This document shows, piece after piece, positions 25,415-35,997 of a stretch of DNA of 57,787 nt. Position 1 is the first letter of the stretch. Each line of letters starts with the position of its first letter. Location: IMG/VR virus record IMGVR_UViG_3300037605_000079, positions 1-57,787 of that record. One strand, written 5' to 3'. Made by a program: the position numbers and the translations under genes. A model generated the notes under the pieces. It ran no database searches. It saw only the letters and a list, made by a program, of their open reading frames with translations, and was not told the origin of the DNA. This DNA is from a virus. Its lineage: Duplodnaviria > Caudoviricetes.

Positions 25415-25428
25415 AATTATTTTTACTG

Positions 25429-25830
25429 TTGAAAGAAAAACTTAGACAATACGCTGACTATAAAAATATTAGTCATAGAAAATTTTCACTCGATTTGGGT
25501 AAGTCTGATAAATTTATAGATACTCAAGGGAGCTTAAATAGTGAAATATTACCTGTAATACGGAAAGTTTTTCCCGACTTAAACATGAATTGGTTGCTTT
25601 TCGATGAGGGCGAAATGATCAAAACTGCTCCAAACCCGACTGAGGTGGTGGCATCAGTACACGAAGATTCTCCTACTTATGGAAAGGACTACAAACAGTT
25701 ATACCTTGAAGCGCTAGAAGAGAATCGAGAACTGCATAAAGAAAACAAGTCTTTGCTCAAGCGCATTGACTCATTCAAAAAACCTAGTCAACAAATTTCT
25801 ATTGAATCTAAACTAACTGAAAAAGAATGA
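25429..25830 (+). CDS. CI-like repressor of element B
   Basis: ISHRKFSLDLGKS...FPDLNMNWLLFDEGEM, typical of Bacteroidota phage repressors. Confidence 0.75.
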   Translation: MKEKLRQYADYKNISHRKFSLDLGKSDKFIDTQGSLNSEILPVIRKVFPDLNMNWLLFDEGEMIKTAPNPTEVVASVHEDSPTYGKDYKQLYLEALEENRELHKENKSLLKRIDSFKKPSQQISIESKLTEKE

Positions 25831-26279
25831 AAACGACATTAATTGTACTATTTTCTGCATTTATGCTTACTTCAAAAGTTCAAGCGCAGATTACTAAAAT
25901 AGAAAGCCAAAAAGAAGTAGAAATAGGTAAAGTAGGAGCCATGGGATCCACTACTATCGCCTGCACTAAATACGGAGATAGTTTATATGTGTTCTCGTTT
26001 AGAAATATAAAATACCAGACAATTATAGAATTCGATTCATTTTCATTTTATGATAAAGACCAGGCTTTTGAAAATCTATACTCAATTATAATTGAAGGTT
26101 TTGAAAAGATCCCTGAAGAAGATATTGCAATAGAAATACCCGATGGCACTTTGTATCTTCATTATGTAAATTCAATGGGAGTAACGTCAATTCAATTTTT
26201 ATACTATGAAAACGGAGTATTCTCTAATTCAGCATTCCTAACAAAAAGACAAGTACTAAAACTATTCGGTAAGAAATGA
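25827..26279 (+). CDS. Secreted/periplasmic protein downstream of repressor
   Basis: Signal peptide ending VQA-Q. Confidence 0.6.
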   Translation: MKTTLIVLFSAFMLTSKVQAQITKIESQKEVEIGKVGAMGSTTIACTKYGDSLYVFSFRNIKYQTIIEFDSFSFYDKDQAFENLYSIIIEGFEKIPEEDIAIEIPDGTLYLHYVNSMGVTSIQFLYYENGVFSNSAFLTKRQVLKLFGKK

Positions 26280-26382
26280 GCAAGGATAAAACCAATATAA
26301 AGGTAACCATTACTGAGAATGAAGATGGACCACTAGCTAAAGCTATAGAACACGTAATTAAGGAAGAAAAAAAAAGGAAAAA

Positions 26383-26826
26383 ATGAGCGATGATGAGATT
26401 ATAGATGCAGTACTAAATGAAGTTATTAAGACTCAACAGAACAGCCTTTTCTTAGATCTTTTCATAAGAGATAACTTTAAAGATTTAGATAATCGTCATT
26501 GGAGAATAATTCTTCAAAAAATGTTGGATTTTGATATAGCCGATAATCCTCACGAATTTAGTGTAATAAACGCTACAACAAAAGGTAGGTTAATAGTAGA
26601 AAGTGGAGGATGGTTGGCACATTTAAAAAGTCTTGAAGAAGAAGCCTTAGCAAAAAAAGAAAGAGAGGATTTTCAATTCAAAAAGGAAAAGCTAGACTAT
26701 AAACTTGCTGAAGAGATGTTGGCAGATTTTCCAAAAACTAAACGAAGAGCCAATATAGCCACTTTAGCAGCAATTGCCGCTATTCTATTTCAAATCATCG
26801 ATTGGATATTCTTTTCCGCTAACTAA
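26383..26826 (+). CDS. Membrane-anchored hypothetical protein (moron)
   Basis: Winged-helix-like N-terminus (TTKGR..VESGGW), coiled coil, C-terminal TM. Confidence 0.55.
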   Translation: MSDDEIIDAVLNEVIKTQQNSLFLDLFIRDNFKDLDNRHWRIILQKMLDFDIADNPHEFSVINATTKGRLIVESGGWLAHLKSLEEEALAKKEREDFQFKKEKLDYKLAEEMLADFPKTKRRANIATLAAIAAILFQIIDWIFFSAN

Positions 26827-29011
26827 CCACCAAGCTAATGGTACTCGTACTTGCTCCACCTTCTGAATTAGTAACAGTAAGCTTAATGGAGTATGTTCCT
26901 GAAACATTTACAAAGCCTAGATTACTAAATCGAGTAATGGAATGAGCAGAGTCTTGTGCTACAAATGTACCACTAGTACCTCCTCCAGGAGAGCTTATAA
27001 CTTCCCAAGCATAGAATAGATCTAATCCATTAGGATCTGATGATCCATTGGCATAGAAAACAATACCAAAAACTGCAGGTCCACCTGGAGAATTACTTGC
27101 CGTAGCATTATAATTAATCTGGTGATTAATCGAACCATTGGCATTGGTAGAAGGAGTAATTATCACAGTAGGATTCTGTGGTATTACATCATCATCTCCA
27201 CTTTCATCTACTGCAATATTAAAAGTAGGGTGCGATTTGATCTTAAATAGATCAAGATCCACTCGCTCTACTAATGTATTGATCGGTGTTCTATTAATCT
27301 TCTTGATCATAAACTCATTGTCGTAGATCCATATCTTGGAGAGTGTATTCAACTTTAGGCTGATATGTATGGGCAGATTGATCGTCTGTCGGTAGTCCTC
27401 ACCGTTTAATTGCTGATAGTACCACCCACGCAAATACGCAGAGATAAATCCTATTCGAGAAAAGCTAACGTTACCCTGCGAAGCCAAAGGATTACCATAT
27501 TGATTGCTATCATAAAATAAGATAGAGGTCCCATCTTGATCTTGAACGTTGGCACCAAAGCCAGATGATGTAGGTTGATTATAGATTATCGGCAACGGCT
27601 CTAGAGCAACCGACTCATCGGCAAAGCCTAAACCATCGGAAACTACCTTGGCAGATTTGTCTAAGTAAATTTTCTCCCCATTATTAAATTCAATTCGAAG
27701 GCCAGTATTTAGGTTTAATTTTCGCTCCACATTTCGCTCAGCGTAAGCTGATAGATCTATGGGCTCTTGATTATTAATGTAAGAGCTATAAAAGTCGAAG
27801 TACACCACCTTATTGGTGGTATCGAATACAGAGCTTAATACGAATGTATCCTTATACTTGGTAATAAATTCGCCTACAGTAATATCAGGAAATAGCTGAT
27901 TCACGTTGATATTATTATGGTACAGCGGTCGCATAGTACCTTCAATCTTATAGTCAGCATCAATGCTCGAATGAACAGCGTCTAAGCAAAATGCCTGAAT
28001 AAGCAGCTTACCACCTGCTTTATTTTTTTCTACATGAAATTGAAATTCCGTATTCTCGGAATGCTCACCGGGTTCGTTGGTAAATCCCAAGCCACCTACC
28101 AATTTGTTATCCCACAATATGCGCATAAACATAACACCACCATTAGTATCAGGGATGGTATAACTCAAATTAATCCCCATGGTGTAAGTGCCATAATCAT
28201 TGATCACAATTTCTTGGCGGTATTCTCTATGATTAGGTGGATAACCTACCGCACTAGTACTGTGGAGCATTAATGTAATGTCGTCGGTTAAATTAAAAGC
28301 ATCATTGGTGTAATAGATATTGTTCTGATGATACATCAGTGCTTTCTCAATAACCGTAGAGCTGTGGAAATCGCCTGCAACGGTATAGCCAATTTGATCA
28401 AAGATGAATCGAATTATTTCTTTGATGTACACAAACGGTCTAATCTCATTGCGCAGGTATTTTTTAAAAATAAAGTTAGAAGGATCTAGATCTGTCTCTG
28501 ATATTCTATTGCCCTGCGTGTGATTGACGAACGGAACATACGTACCCCAATCATAATCGCGGTAGAGTTCAGGCGCATATATCCTCGGAAAATTTATTAA
28601 TGTATTGGGGTAATCCTTTACAATCGTATCCTCTGCATAATCAAAAATATCATCACCACAATCGATACTTGGCCAAGGCAGATCCTTTAGGTTGACATCA
28701 AATATGGAGAGCTCGTCAAAATCATAATACACCACCAACCGAATAGTAGATTTAATAGATACCACCATTAGTTCTGCATCATACACTTTATCGTTCTTAA
28801 ACAGCTTACCCTTGACAAACTTATTACTACTCGTAGAATGGTGCGAATAAATGAACTCGAATAAGTCGAGAGTGTTTCGCTCCTTCTTCACATCAAATGG
28901 AAAGGAGTATTTCTTGATCAGGTCTTTGACAAAGAAACTATTCTCTTCGGAAAACTTTACCCTTAAGTATGTAAGATCTAACTTAAATGATTCGGTTTGA
29001 AAAATTGTCAT
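26819..29011 (-). CDS. Tail tip/baseplate protein with C-terminal PKD/Ig-like domain
   Basis: YSFPF N-terminal motif, two genes after the tape measure, C-terminal GSSDPNG...GTYSIKLTVTNSEG. Confidence 0.7.
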   Translation of the reverse strand: MTIFQTESFKLDLTYLRVKFSEENSFFVKDLIKKYSFPFDVKKERNTLDLFEFIYSHHSTSSNKFVKGKLFKNDKVYDAELMVVSIKSTIRLVVYYDFDELSIFDVNLKDLPWPSIDCGDDIFDYAEDTIVKDYPNTLINFPRIYAPELYRDYDWGTYVPFVNHTQGNRISETDLDPSNFIFKKYLRNEIRPFVYIKEIIRFIFDQIGYTVAGDFHSSTVIEKALMYHQNNIYYTNDAFNLTDDITLMLHSTSAVGYPPNHREYRQEIVINDYGTYTMGINLSYTIPDTNGGVMFMRILWDNKLVGGLGFTNEPGEHSENTEFQFHVEKNKAGGKLLIQAFCLDAVHSSIDADYKIEGTMRPLYHNNINVNQLFPDITVGEFITKYKDTFVLSSVFDTTNKVVYFDFYSSYINNQEPIDLSAYAERNVERKLNLNTGLRIEFNNGEKIYLDKSAKVVSDGLGFADESVALEPLPIIYNQPTSSGFGANVQDQDGTSILFYDSNQYGNPLASQGNVSFSRIGFISAYLRGWYYQQLNGEDYRQTINLPIHISLKLNTLSKIWIYDNEFMIKKINRTPINTLVERVDLDLFKIKSHPTFNIAVDESGDDDVIPQNPTVIITPSTNANGSINHQINYNATASNSPGGPAVFGIVFYANGSSDPNGLDLFYAWEVISSPGGGTSGTFVAQDSAHSITRFSNLGFVNVSGTYSIKLTVTNSEGGASTSTISLVVS

Positions 29012-30071
29012 TGGTAGCTTTTTTGAATTTAATTTTCTCCGCGTAAATACGCTCTCTTGATGTGTATGGGCTTAACTTTTGTGTTCCATTATTAACCAAC
29101 GGAATGAGCTTGCTGCCGTCGATTAAGTATTTATGGTACGATTTAATCAGCTCGCGCAGCATGCTATACTTTGCTTTATCGTGAATAAAACCGGTACTAA
29201 ACTCTATGGGCATCGATTCAGAAAACTCGGTCTCCTGCATCAAGTCCACGTTGTTATTGACGTAGGTGTCTTGAGCAGTACGTATTTGCTCTGAAAATTC
29301 TGCACTACCGGTCATCTCTATCACCGATAAGGTGCTGTGAATATTTTGATACGCCAATAAGTGATGATCTACTTGGGTAGGCATCAAATAAATATTTCCC
29401 AAATCGATATTAGAGGTGGCAGTAAAAAAAACTTTTAGCCCGTATAGATCCACTTCAGGCGCTATAATATTGCGCATAGGAATGGAGATGGTATGCAGGT
29501 AATAACTATTAGGTCCTGATACTATATTAATAACACTACTGCCAGAAGGCTTATTAATCTGAACAGATCCGGGCAAAGCATTGCTTAGAAAAGTATAGGT
29601 AAGCACTGCCTGACTACTCGCGAATACTGTTTGAGCAGCATTTAGCAGCACCCTACTACCATACTCTATATCGGTAATTGGCAATGGAGTAATCATGCCT
29701 GTTACCATATAGAACTCTACATCTTCGAGTCCTCGAGAATCTCCTTGATCAGGATTTACTACTAAGACTCTAACCTTTGCCATGTCGTAGGAACGCAATT
29801 GCACTCCATTAGTAGCAACGGTAGGCTCTTCCCAAGCGTTGGTAATTATACTGTGCACATAATGAGAAATAGGAAATTCCACATTGAGCTTGTAGAAAGG
29901 TATTTCAAATTCGTGCGTCCACACTTTGGTGTTGTAGGTTACTGTTAATTGAATTGTACACACTTTTAAGGGGCTATTGGGTGGAATCTCCACCAACACC
30001 TTTTTATCGTCAAAGGTGCCATAGATGTAATCATCTTGGTAGTCGCCAATGTATCTTATTTCAGTACTCAT
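28983..30071 (-). CDS. Tail protein (distal tail candidate)
   Basis: Directly after the tape measure; beta-rich. Confidence 0.6.
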   Translation of the reverse strand: MSTEIRYIGDYQDDYIYGTFDDKKVLVEIPPNSPLKVCTIQLTVTYNTKVWTHEFEIPFYKLNVEFPISHYVHSIITNAWEEPTVATNGVQLRSYDMAKVRVLVVNPDQGDSRGLEDVEFYMVTGMITPLPITDIEYGSRVLLNAAQTVFASSQAVLTYTFLSNALPGSVQINKPSGSSVINIVSGPNSYYLHTISIPMRNIIAPEVDLYGLKVFFTATSNIDLGNIYLMPTQVDHHLLAYQNIHSTLSVIEMTGSAEFSEQIRTAQDTYVNNNVDLMQETEFSESMPIEFSTGFIHDKAKYSMLRELIKSYHKYLIDGSKLIPLVNNGTQKLSPYTSRERIYAEKIKFKKATNDNFSNRII

Positions 30072-32818
30072 TTTCTTGTATTATTAAGTATCGATTCGTG
30101 TTCGGTATCAATTTCTTTTTGCTGCATAAAACTTTCATAGTCGCGAACTACATAAGCTTTAATGCCATTATCAAAATGGCTATTCAGTCTGTTTACTGAT
30201 TCTAGCAACTGCATAGTTACCATAGAGGTATCAGAAGCTGGAGGCTGAGCAGCTGCAGAAGTAGAATTACTAGAAGAAGTTGAAGAAGTAGGACCGCCTT
30301 CGTAAAATTGGCCAAGCTTTTGTTTTCGCTCTTTTTCTAGCCATTTAAGTGTAGGCGCATAAGTAGGATCTTTGGTCATAAATTCGGGAGCTACCCACTC
30401 ATTTTTGTGCACGACTCCGGTAACACCTCCATACTCATCATCGAAGAGGATTTGATCTCCGGTATTACCACCATTGTAAAACTTAACCGGCACACCTGCT
30501 ATCTTGTTAACCGTAGCCAAACCACTAGCTAAAGTAGTAGCAGTAGCGATTCCTTTTGAAGCGGTATTCATTGGCTCAGGAAGAACAGCAGGAGCTTTCC
30601 ACACCTCAGTAACACCTTGATAAGTATTAATAGTAGCCTGAGCAATACCTGCAGCTTTACCTGCTGCAGTATGTTCTCCTAATAATTGAGCAATGTTTCC
30701 AAACATTTGAGAATATACAGCGACTTGTTGCCTTGTAAGTAGCTCTTTTCTTTGAAGCTCATCCTCATCAGCTTTCTTTTGTTCCTTCTTTAATTTTTCA
30801 TCAGCTTTTTTCTTTTCAGCTGTAATCTTATTATCAGCAGCTTTTTTCTGCAGCCTAAACTTTTCTTCTACAGCTGCAATTTCTTCTTGTGTGGCGCCCT
30901 TTAATCGGAGTTCTTCTAGCTCTTTATTTCGCTGTATCTCTAGTTCTTGTTCTGCTATCCAACGTAGGCGCTCGAATTCGAGTTCTACTTTTTCCTCTTC
31001 CGTTTCAGCGTCTAAAATCTCCTGCTCCAAGCGCTGATTCTCTTCTTCCATTTCATTCTCAGCAAGCAGCTGCTTCAATCGCTTCTTAGATTCGAGTATA
31101 GCTTTATCTTTAGCGGTAAGCCCATCAGAATCTACTACTGAAGAACCACCACCTGCGGGAGCACCCGAAACTCCGCCTGAATTGTTTGCACCTCCTGCTG
31201 TAGTATTGGTGGTTGTATCTTCTGCTATAAAATCATCTAATGAGAATCGCTCTGCTTTATCGTTACCTGAGAAGGCATTAAAGATATCAGTGGCATCTCC
31301 AATGGCTTTTTCTTTTAATCGGCCAAAGCTCTCCCCGATACCATCCACGGCCTGATCTAACCCTTCTTTAATCTTAGCAGGATCTAGTGTGAATATTCCT
31401 TCGAACACTGTACCTACGGCTTTAATCTCACTCCAGAGTAATTGAAGACCCTCACTAACTATGCTAAAGCTGAGCGTGGAAGCCTTGCCAATTAAGGTAA
31501 GGATGCCTGAAAAAACCTGCGACTCATTATTGAGGTCTACAAACCAATTGTATAGATCTACTCCACCTTTTAGGATTTTTATAATCGTCTCAGTGGCGAA
31601 CAACTTCCCTTTTTGGATCCACATATTAAACCCCTTGCTGCCAGATGCGAAGAGCTGCGTCTGTACCAAGTTGAGTTCTTTATTGGCCTCAAGTTGTTGC
31701 TTCTGCAGCAACTGAATATCAGTCAGTGGTTTTTTCTGATCATTCAAAGCCTGGTTAACTGCTTTGAAAATATTGAGCGCACCACCTGCATCTTCACCTG
31801 CACCTTTGAATAAATCTGCAGTAAGTAGCTGTGCCTGCTGAGAGTTTAACCCTATTCGCTCGGCTTCTCCAGATATTTGAGCCAAGGCATCTTTAGCAGT
31901 AATGGATCCATCACGCAAACCGTCCAATAGTTTGCCGGTAAACTCGGGACCAAAAGCATTCTCTAATGCTTCGCGCGCAGCAGGAGTTTGCTCGGTGATG
32001 GCCAAGTTGAATTCCTTAATGGCATCGGGCAGTTTATCTGAATAAATAGAAAGATCGATACCGGCATTGACAATGTCAGCAAATTCGGTGGCTGAAAATC
32101 CTGCATTCTTAAACTGAACAGGATATTCTTTTAATGAATCGAGAAACTCTCCACTAGTCAGCTTACCGCGAATAGCGCCATCCTCTATAATGTCGAATGC
32201 TTCTTCATAAGAAATACCGAATCCTTTAGCCAACGACTTAGCCGATTCAATCGACTCCTTTACATCTACATCGAACGTATTGGAGAGTTCTTCTGCTCTA
32301 ATTCTTATCAAATCCACAGCATCACCACTTTCCTGCGTAAGATCACGAACAAGCTGATTGGTCTTTTCAATTTCTAAATTATAACCAACCCATGCCTTCA
32401 CTCCTAAACCAATGCCGGTAACAGCAGTAAGCGCAGCGCCTAGAGGTGTAGCGATAAAGGAAATAGCCGCTTTGGTAATTCCTTTAATGTTACCTGCTAT
32501 CCCTTTTAATCCTTCAGAAGCTTGAGATAGGTTACCAGATAAAAATCCCGAGATTACATTATCCCAATTGCCGCGCGCCTCTTCAAGCACGTTATTAGTA
32601 TTATTGACTTCGTCCTTCAGGCTCTTGTATTGATCTCGAGCTTTATGCAGCTCAGCAGATTTCTTAACAAATTCATCGGTGCCGGGCGTTAGCTTCTTGA
32701 TGTCTCTATTCAACTTACCCAATTCAGAACCTACACCTTGTAGGGTGTTAGCTACCTGCTTTCCGTTGATCTCAATGGTGAGATTAAATTTAGTATCCTT
32801 AGCCATTTTGCTTATCAA
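30068..32818 (-). CDS. Tail tape measure protein
   Basis: 916 aa, Ala/Gly-rich helical, coiled coil, C-terminal FYNGG...GVVHKNEWVAP motif. Confidence 0.85.
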   Translation of the reverse strand: MISKMAKDTKFNLTIEINGKQVANTLQGVGSELGKLNRDIKKLTPGTDEFVKKSAELHKARDQYKSLKDEVNNTNNVLEEARGNWDNVISGFLSGNLSQASEGLKGIAGNIKGITKAAISFIATPLGAALTAVTGIGLGVKAWVGYNLEIEKTNQLVRDLTQESGDAVDLIRIRAEELSNTFDVDVKESIESAKSLAKGFGISYEEAFDIIEDGAIRGKLTSGEFLDSLKEYPVQFKNAGFSATEFADIVNAGIDLSIYSDKLPDAIKEFNLAITEQTPAAREALENAFGPEFTGKLLDGLRDGSITAKDALAQISGEAERIGLNSQQAQLLTADLFKGAGEDAGGALNIFKAVNQALNDQKKPLTDIQLLQKQQLEANKELNLVQTQLFASGSKGFNMWIQKGKLFATETIIKILKGGVDLYNWFVDLNNESQVFSGILTLIGKASTLSFSIVSEGLQLLWSEIKAVGTVFEGIFTLDPAKIKEGLDQAVDGIGESFGRLKEKAIGDATDIFNAFSGNDKAERFSLDDFIAEDTTTNTTAGGANNSGGVSGAPAGGGSSVVDSDGLTAKDKAILESKKRLKQLLAENEMEEENQRLEQEILDAETEEEKVELEFERLRWIAEQELEIQRNKELEELRLKGATQEEIAAVEEKFRLQKKAADNKITAEKKKADEKLKKEQKKADEDELQRKELLTRQQVAVYSQMFGNIAQLLGEHTAAGKAAGIAQATINTYQGVTEVWKAPAVLPEPMNTASKGIATATTLASGLATVNKIAGVPVKFYNGGNTGDQILFDDEYGGVTGVVHKNEWVAPEFMTKDPTYAPTLKWLEKERKQKLGQFYEGGPTSSTSSSNSTSAAAQPPASDTSMVTMQLLESVNRLNSHFDNGIKAYVVRDYESFMQQKEIDTEHESILNNTRK

Positions 32819-33290
32819 TTTTAAAGATCATATTCTGAAGCTGCACTGTGATCGCTCTAGTTCTAGTTTTGGCCAAACCATCCTCTAGAATTTTAAGCGC
32901 CCCTGAATTTTTATAGATGTCATCGAAATAGGACTGACTGCCCAAGCTCGGTTTTGCCTGCTTAAAGGTGTTACCTGTTTTTGAATGCGTTCTTAAGTAG
33001 CGCGTATTATCAGCGATTACGCCAAAATGATGCACAAAGCCTACTCGATTACTCATAAATTTAAAGCCGAGTAATCGGTGCTCACCCATTTCGGGCTTGA
33101 TGTAAGTAGCATCGATGATAGGTTTGCGCTCGTGCTTGTTTCGCTTAGACCTACCTTTTGAGCCTTTATTACGAATAGTAATATCAGAAGACCTCATTTT
33201 TTGATGAACGTAAGAAGTAGCTGCATCAGCAGCTTGCTGTGCAATTCGTTCTTCTTCTGCCTTTATTTTACTTGAATCGTTGCTTGCCAT
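32799..33290 (-). CDS. Basic phage morphogenesis protein (neck/tail completion candidate)
   Basis: GFVHHFGV motif, upstream of the tape measure, with its own late promoter. Confidence 0.5.
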   Translation of the reverse strand: MASNDSSKIKAEEERIAQQAADAATSYVHQKMRSSDITIRNKGSKGRSKRNKHERKPIIDATYIKPEMGEHRLLGFKFMSNRVGFVHHFGVIADNTRYLRTHSKTGNTFKQAKPSLGSQSYFDDIYKNSGALKILEDGLAKTRTRAITVQLQNMIFKIDKQNG

Positions 33291-33307
33291 TCCGATTAAT
33301 TATACAG

Positions 33308-33343
33308 CTAATTTCGGAGATGGTGCAGCCCTAAAATAGGACA
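33308..33343 (-). promoter_or_regulatory. TGTCCT-type late promoter
   Basis: TGTCCTATTT-N19-AAATTAG, directly after a terminator at about 33345-33375. Confidence 0.7.
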
Positions 33344-33483
33344 CAAAAAAACCTAAGCAGATCTGCTCAGGTTTTAAATTATTATCTTTAATTCATGGAA
33401 AGTATAACAGAATGGTATGAGGTAGTCTTTTTGATCATCCTAGCTATAGCCGGAATAGTACTACAAGATAAAGTGAGGAAACG

Positions 33484-33744
33484 CTAGACAAAATCATCGT
33501 GAACAACACCATGCTCATTTAGCCATGCATTAAATTTATCAGCATCACCAATAATCACCATATTGGTAAAATCAGTACGTGAAGTACATTCAATTCCTAT
33601 GTAATTACTTATCGTTCCATTTTCTTCTTTGCGTTCAAAGTCCCACACCACTTCATCAGAAGTTTTCTCTTCTTGGAAGTATGCATCGTAATTAGTTATG
33701 TATCCGTATTTTCTCATAATTCCTATTATTAGTGTGCTACCCAA
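33484..33744 (-). CDS. Small acidic companion of LamG protein (start probably ATG 33717)
   Basis: Directly follows the LamG gene. Confidence 0.5.
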   Translation of the reverse strand: MGSTLIIGIMRKYGYITNYDAYFQEEKTSDEVVWDFERKEENGTISNYIGIECTSRTDFTNMVIIGDADKFNAWLNEHGVVHDDFV

Positions 33745-34532
33745 TATGTTCCTGTAAATCCTGATAGTGTACCGTTAACTTGATCTAAACCTTCATCCAG
33801 AAGAACTGTATCAGATCCTGAGCCATTAAAACGATAGTAACGTCTTAATTTATCTGCTTGATAATTACTTGCAAAATCACCGTTACCCTCATTATATAAG
33901 TTAACGATTTCCTCATCTGTTAGAATTCCATACCATATAGCCACCTCGTTTACTTTTGCTTTACTGTAATTATTGGCAGTAGTCATAGAACCAATTTCAA
34001 AGAAATTCCCAACACTTCCAATAGAAGTGGATGGTTCAGGTGCTATATAATCATAACCAATGTATAGTCCGTTAATGTATAATTTTAGTCTTGTTTGGAA
34101 TGGCTCATAGCCATCAAACAATATAACTAGATGTGCCCACTCATCGTAGTTATTAAATCGAGTATTATTATAAGTTTCATAGCTACCAACACCGGAACCT
34201 GTTTTTCTATTCAAAATTAGCAATCCATTACTGTTAGCTGAATTTCTAACTAACCCAAATATATTACTAGGGCTCTCACGCATTCCAATCTGAAAATCGC
34301 CACCAATAAGTGGTATATTTACCCACATTGACATTGATAGGGTTGTTCTACCATTGGCCAAAGTACTATTAGGAAAAGTAACCTTATCATTTATACCATC
34401 AAAGCTTAATGCGTTACCAAAAGAGAATGCAGCAGAGGGTTTCTCCCAAACCACATTATTTCCATGGTGAATTTTAAGTAATTGCTTACCGTTGCGCTCG
34501 GCACCTAAAAATTTCTTTCCGTTTAATTCCAT
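33729..34532 (-). CDS. LamG-domain receptor-binding protein
   Basis: ALSFDGINDKV, SMSMWV, WAHLVI, KLYING, NEVAIW, IVNLYN, YYRFN. Confidence 0.85.
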   Translation of the reverse strand: MELNGKKFLGAERNGKQLLKIHHGNNVVWEKPSAAFSFGNALSFDGINDKVTFPNSTLANGRTTLSMSMWVNIPLIGGDFQIGMRESPSNIFGLVRNSANSNGLLILNRKTGSGVGSYETYNNTRFNNYDEWAHLVILFDGYEPFQTRLKLYINGLYIGYDYIAPEPSTSIGSVGNFFEIGSMTTANNYSKAKVNEVAIWYGILTDEEIVNLYNEGNGDFASNYQADKLRRYYRFNGSGSDTVLLDEGLDQVNGTLSGFTGTYWVAH

Positions 34533-35425
34533 TAGTCTTCAAATTCTAAATACAAACGAGTGATTACTTTATTCGTTATAGCTGCCAACTCTGTAGTTGT
34601 TACCGGTACTGCATCAGTAATTGTTAAGGTCGGCCCTGCAAGCATGGTCAATTTAGTAGCCATCGCTGTATTAAAAGCACTACTTTCCACCTTAGCGGCC
34701 AATGCAGTCGAAAGTCCTGCAATATTGCTAATCGTCAAATTGTCAAGATCATCTTTATTTTGCTCAATAAAGTCAACCACTTCTTGCAGCGTATCTAGTG
34801 TAGTGGTATCGCTCGTCAACAGCGTATTGATGGTATCTATCATACCCTTCAACGCTTTACCCTGCGCTGCTGATAGCGGCTTATTGGTTAAGTCGCTGTC
34901 TAATGCATTCACAATGTCACTAAGCTGCACACGCAGTGCTATTGCAGCAGTGTTGCTATTCACTGTGGATTGCAGCGTATTGAAATCACTTTGACTAGCC
35001 TTAGCAGCCAATGCACTCGAAAGGCCTGCAATATTGCTAATGGTTAAATTATCCAAGTCATCTTTATTCTGCTCTATAAAGTCCACCACTTCTTGCAGCG
35101 TATCTAGTGTAGTGGTATCGCTTGTCAACAATGTATTGATGGTATCTATCATACCCTTCAACGCTTTACCCTGAGCTGCTGATAGCGGCTTATTCGTCAG
35201 GTCGCTGTCTAATGCATTCACAATATCACTAAGCTGCACACGCAGTGCTATTGCAGCACTGTTTGCCTGAATGCTTGCAGCATTAGCATCTATCTCAGTT
35301 GCATGATCATTAAACGTGTCCCTGATCTGATTAATTTCAGTGAAGGTTAATTTTTTATTTGCCGGCACTTCAGGTAAATCCTTACCTAGTATTTTATTGG
35401 GCCAATTAATTCTATCTGCTGCCAT
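34532..35425 (-). CDS. Tail fibre-like protein with internal 86-aa duplication
   Basis: Two near-identical units containing PLSAAQGKAL and LDTLQEVVDFI motifs. Confidence 0.75.
   Translation of the reverse strand: MAADRINWPNKILGKDLPEVPANKKLTFTEINQIRDTFNDHATEIDANAASIQANSAAIALRVQLSDIVNALDSDLTNKPLSAAQGKALKGMIDTINTLLTSDTTTLDTLQEVVDFIEQNKDDLDNLTISNIAGLSSALAAKASQSDFNTLQSTVNSNTAAIALRVQLSDIVNALDSDLTNKPLSAAQGKALKGMIDTINTLLTSDTTTLDTLQEVVDFIEQNKDDLDNLTISNIAGLSTALAAKVESSAFNTAMATKLTMLAGPTLTITDAVPVTTTELAAITNKVITRLYLEFED
34691..35258. repeat. Direct repeat, about 259 bp x2, period 309 bp
   Basis: TAAGCTGCACACGCAGTGCT at 34921 and 35230; differences mostly synonymous. Confidence 0.9.
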
Positions 35426-35430
35426 AACTA

Positions 35431-35997
35431 TTAACTTAATTCCATATCTAATTCATAACTCATGCCTTCAATCTCCGCAGGTGTTAAATCTTTCCACTTG
35501 CTATTATCTATCATTAAAGGCACTTGATTTTTTAACGTCAATTCGCATCGGTAACCATACAACTGATCGGTAAAGAGTGGTCCCACTTTTATAATGTTGA
35601 AACTACTCTTATCAACCAACCCATAGAGCCAATTCTTTTCACCATCTATTCTTGGAATAGCAGCATCATTGATTATTCTTTCCTCAATATCAAAGCATAT
35701 CTGCTGACAATAATCAAGCACAGCATTCTGCGCAGCATAACTGTCTAATTCACCTGTATTATTATTGGGCTTCCCTAATACAGTGAATGCAGTAATATTG
35801 GCGTGAAAGGTTTTAGCAGCATCGCCTGAAGGTTTAACTTCTACCGGATCTACGAAGAGAACAGGCAATTCAACACCTGACCGAAGGGATCCCTCAACCT
35901 CATGCACATTCCATCGGTAATGATCATTTACCTGAACATGATTCTCTGCTAATTGCTCTAAGTAGCCTACTATTTTTAAAAATGAAATTCTAGGCAT
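35431..35997 (-). CDS. Phage structural protein (tail terminator candidate)
   Basis: Position in the late operon; alpha/beta pattern ending YGYRCELTL. Confidence 0.5.
   Translation of the reverse strand: MPRISFLKIVGYLEQLAENHVQVNDHYRWNVHEVEGSLRSGVELPVLFVDPVEVKPSGDAAKTFHANITAFTVLGKPNNNTGELDSYAAQNAVLDYCQQICFDIEERIINDAAIPRIDGEKNWLYGLVDKSSFNIIKVGPLFTDQLYGYRCELTLKNQVPLMIDNSKWKDLTPAEIEGMSYELDMELS

Noticed and set aside
34691-35258. Diversity-generating retroelement TR/VR pair
   Set aside because: No reverse transcriptase is present; both copies are in one ORF and the differences are synonymous, not adenine-specific.
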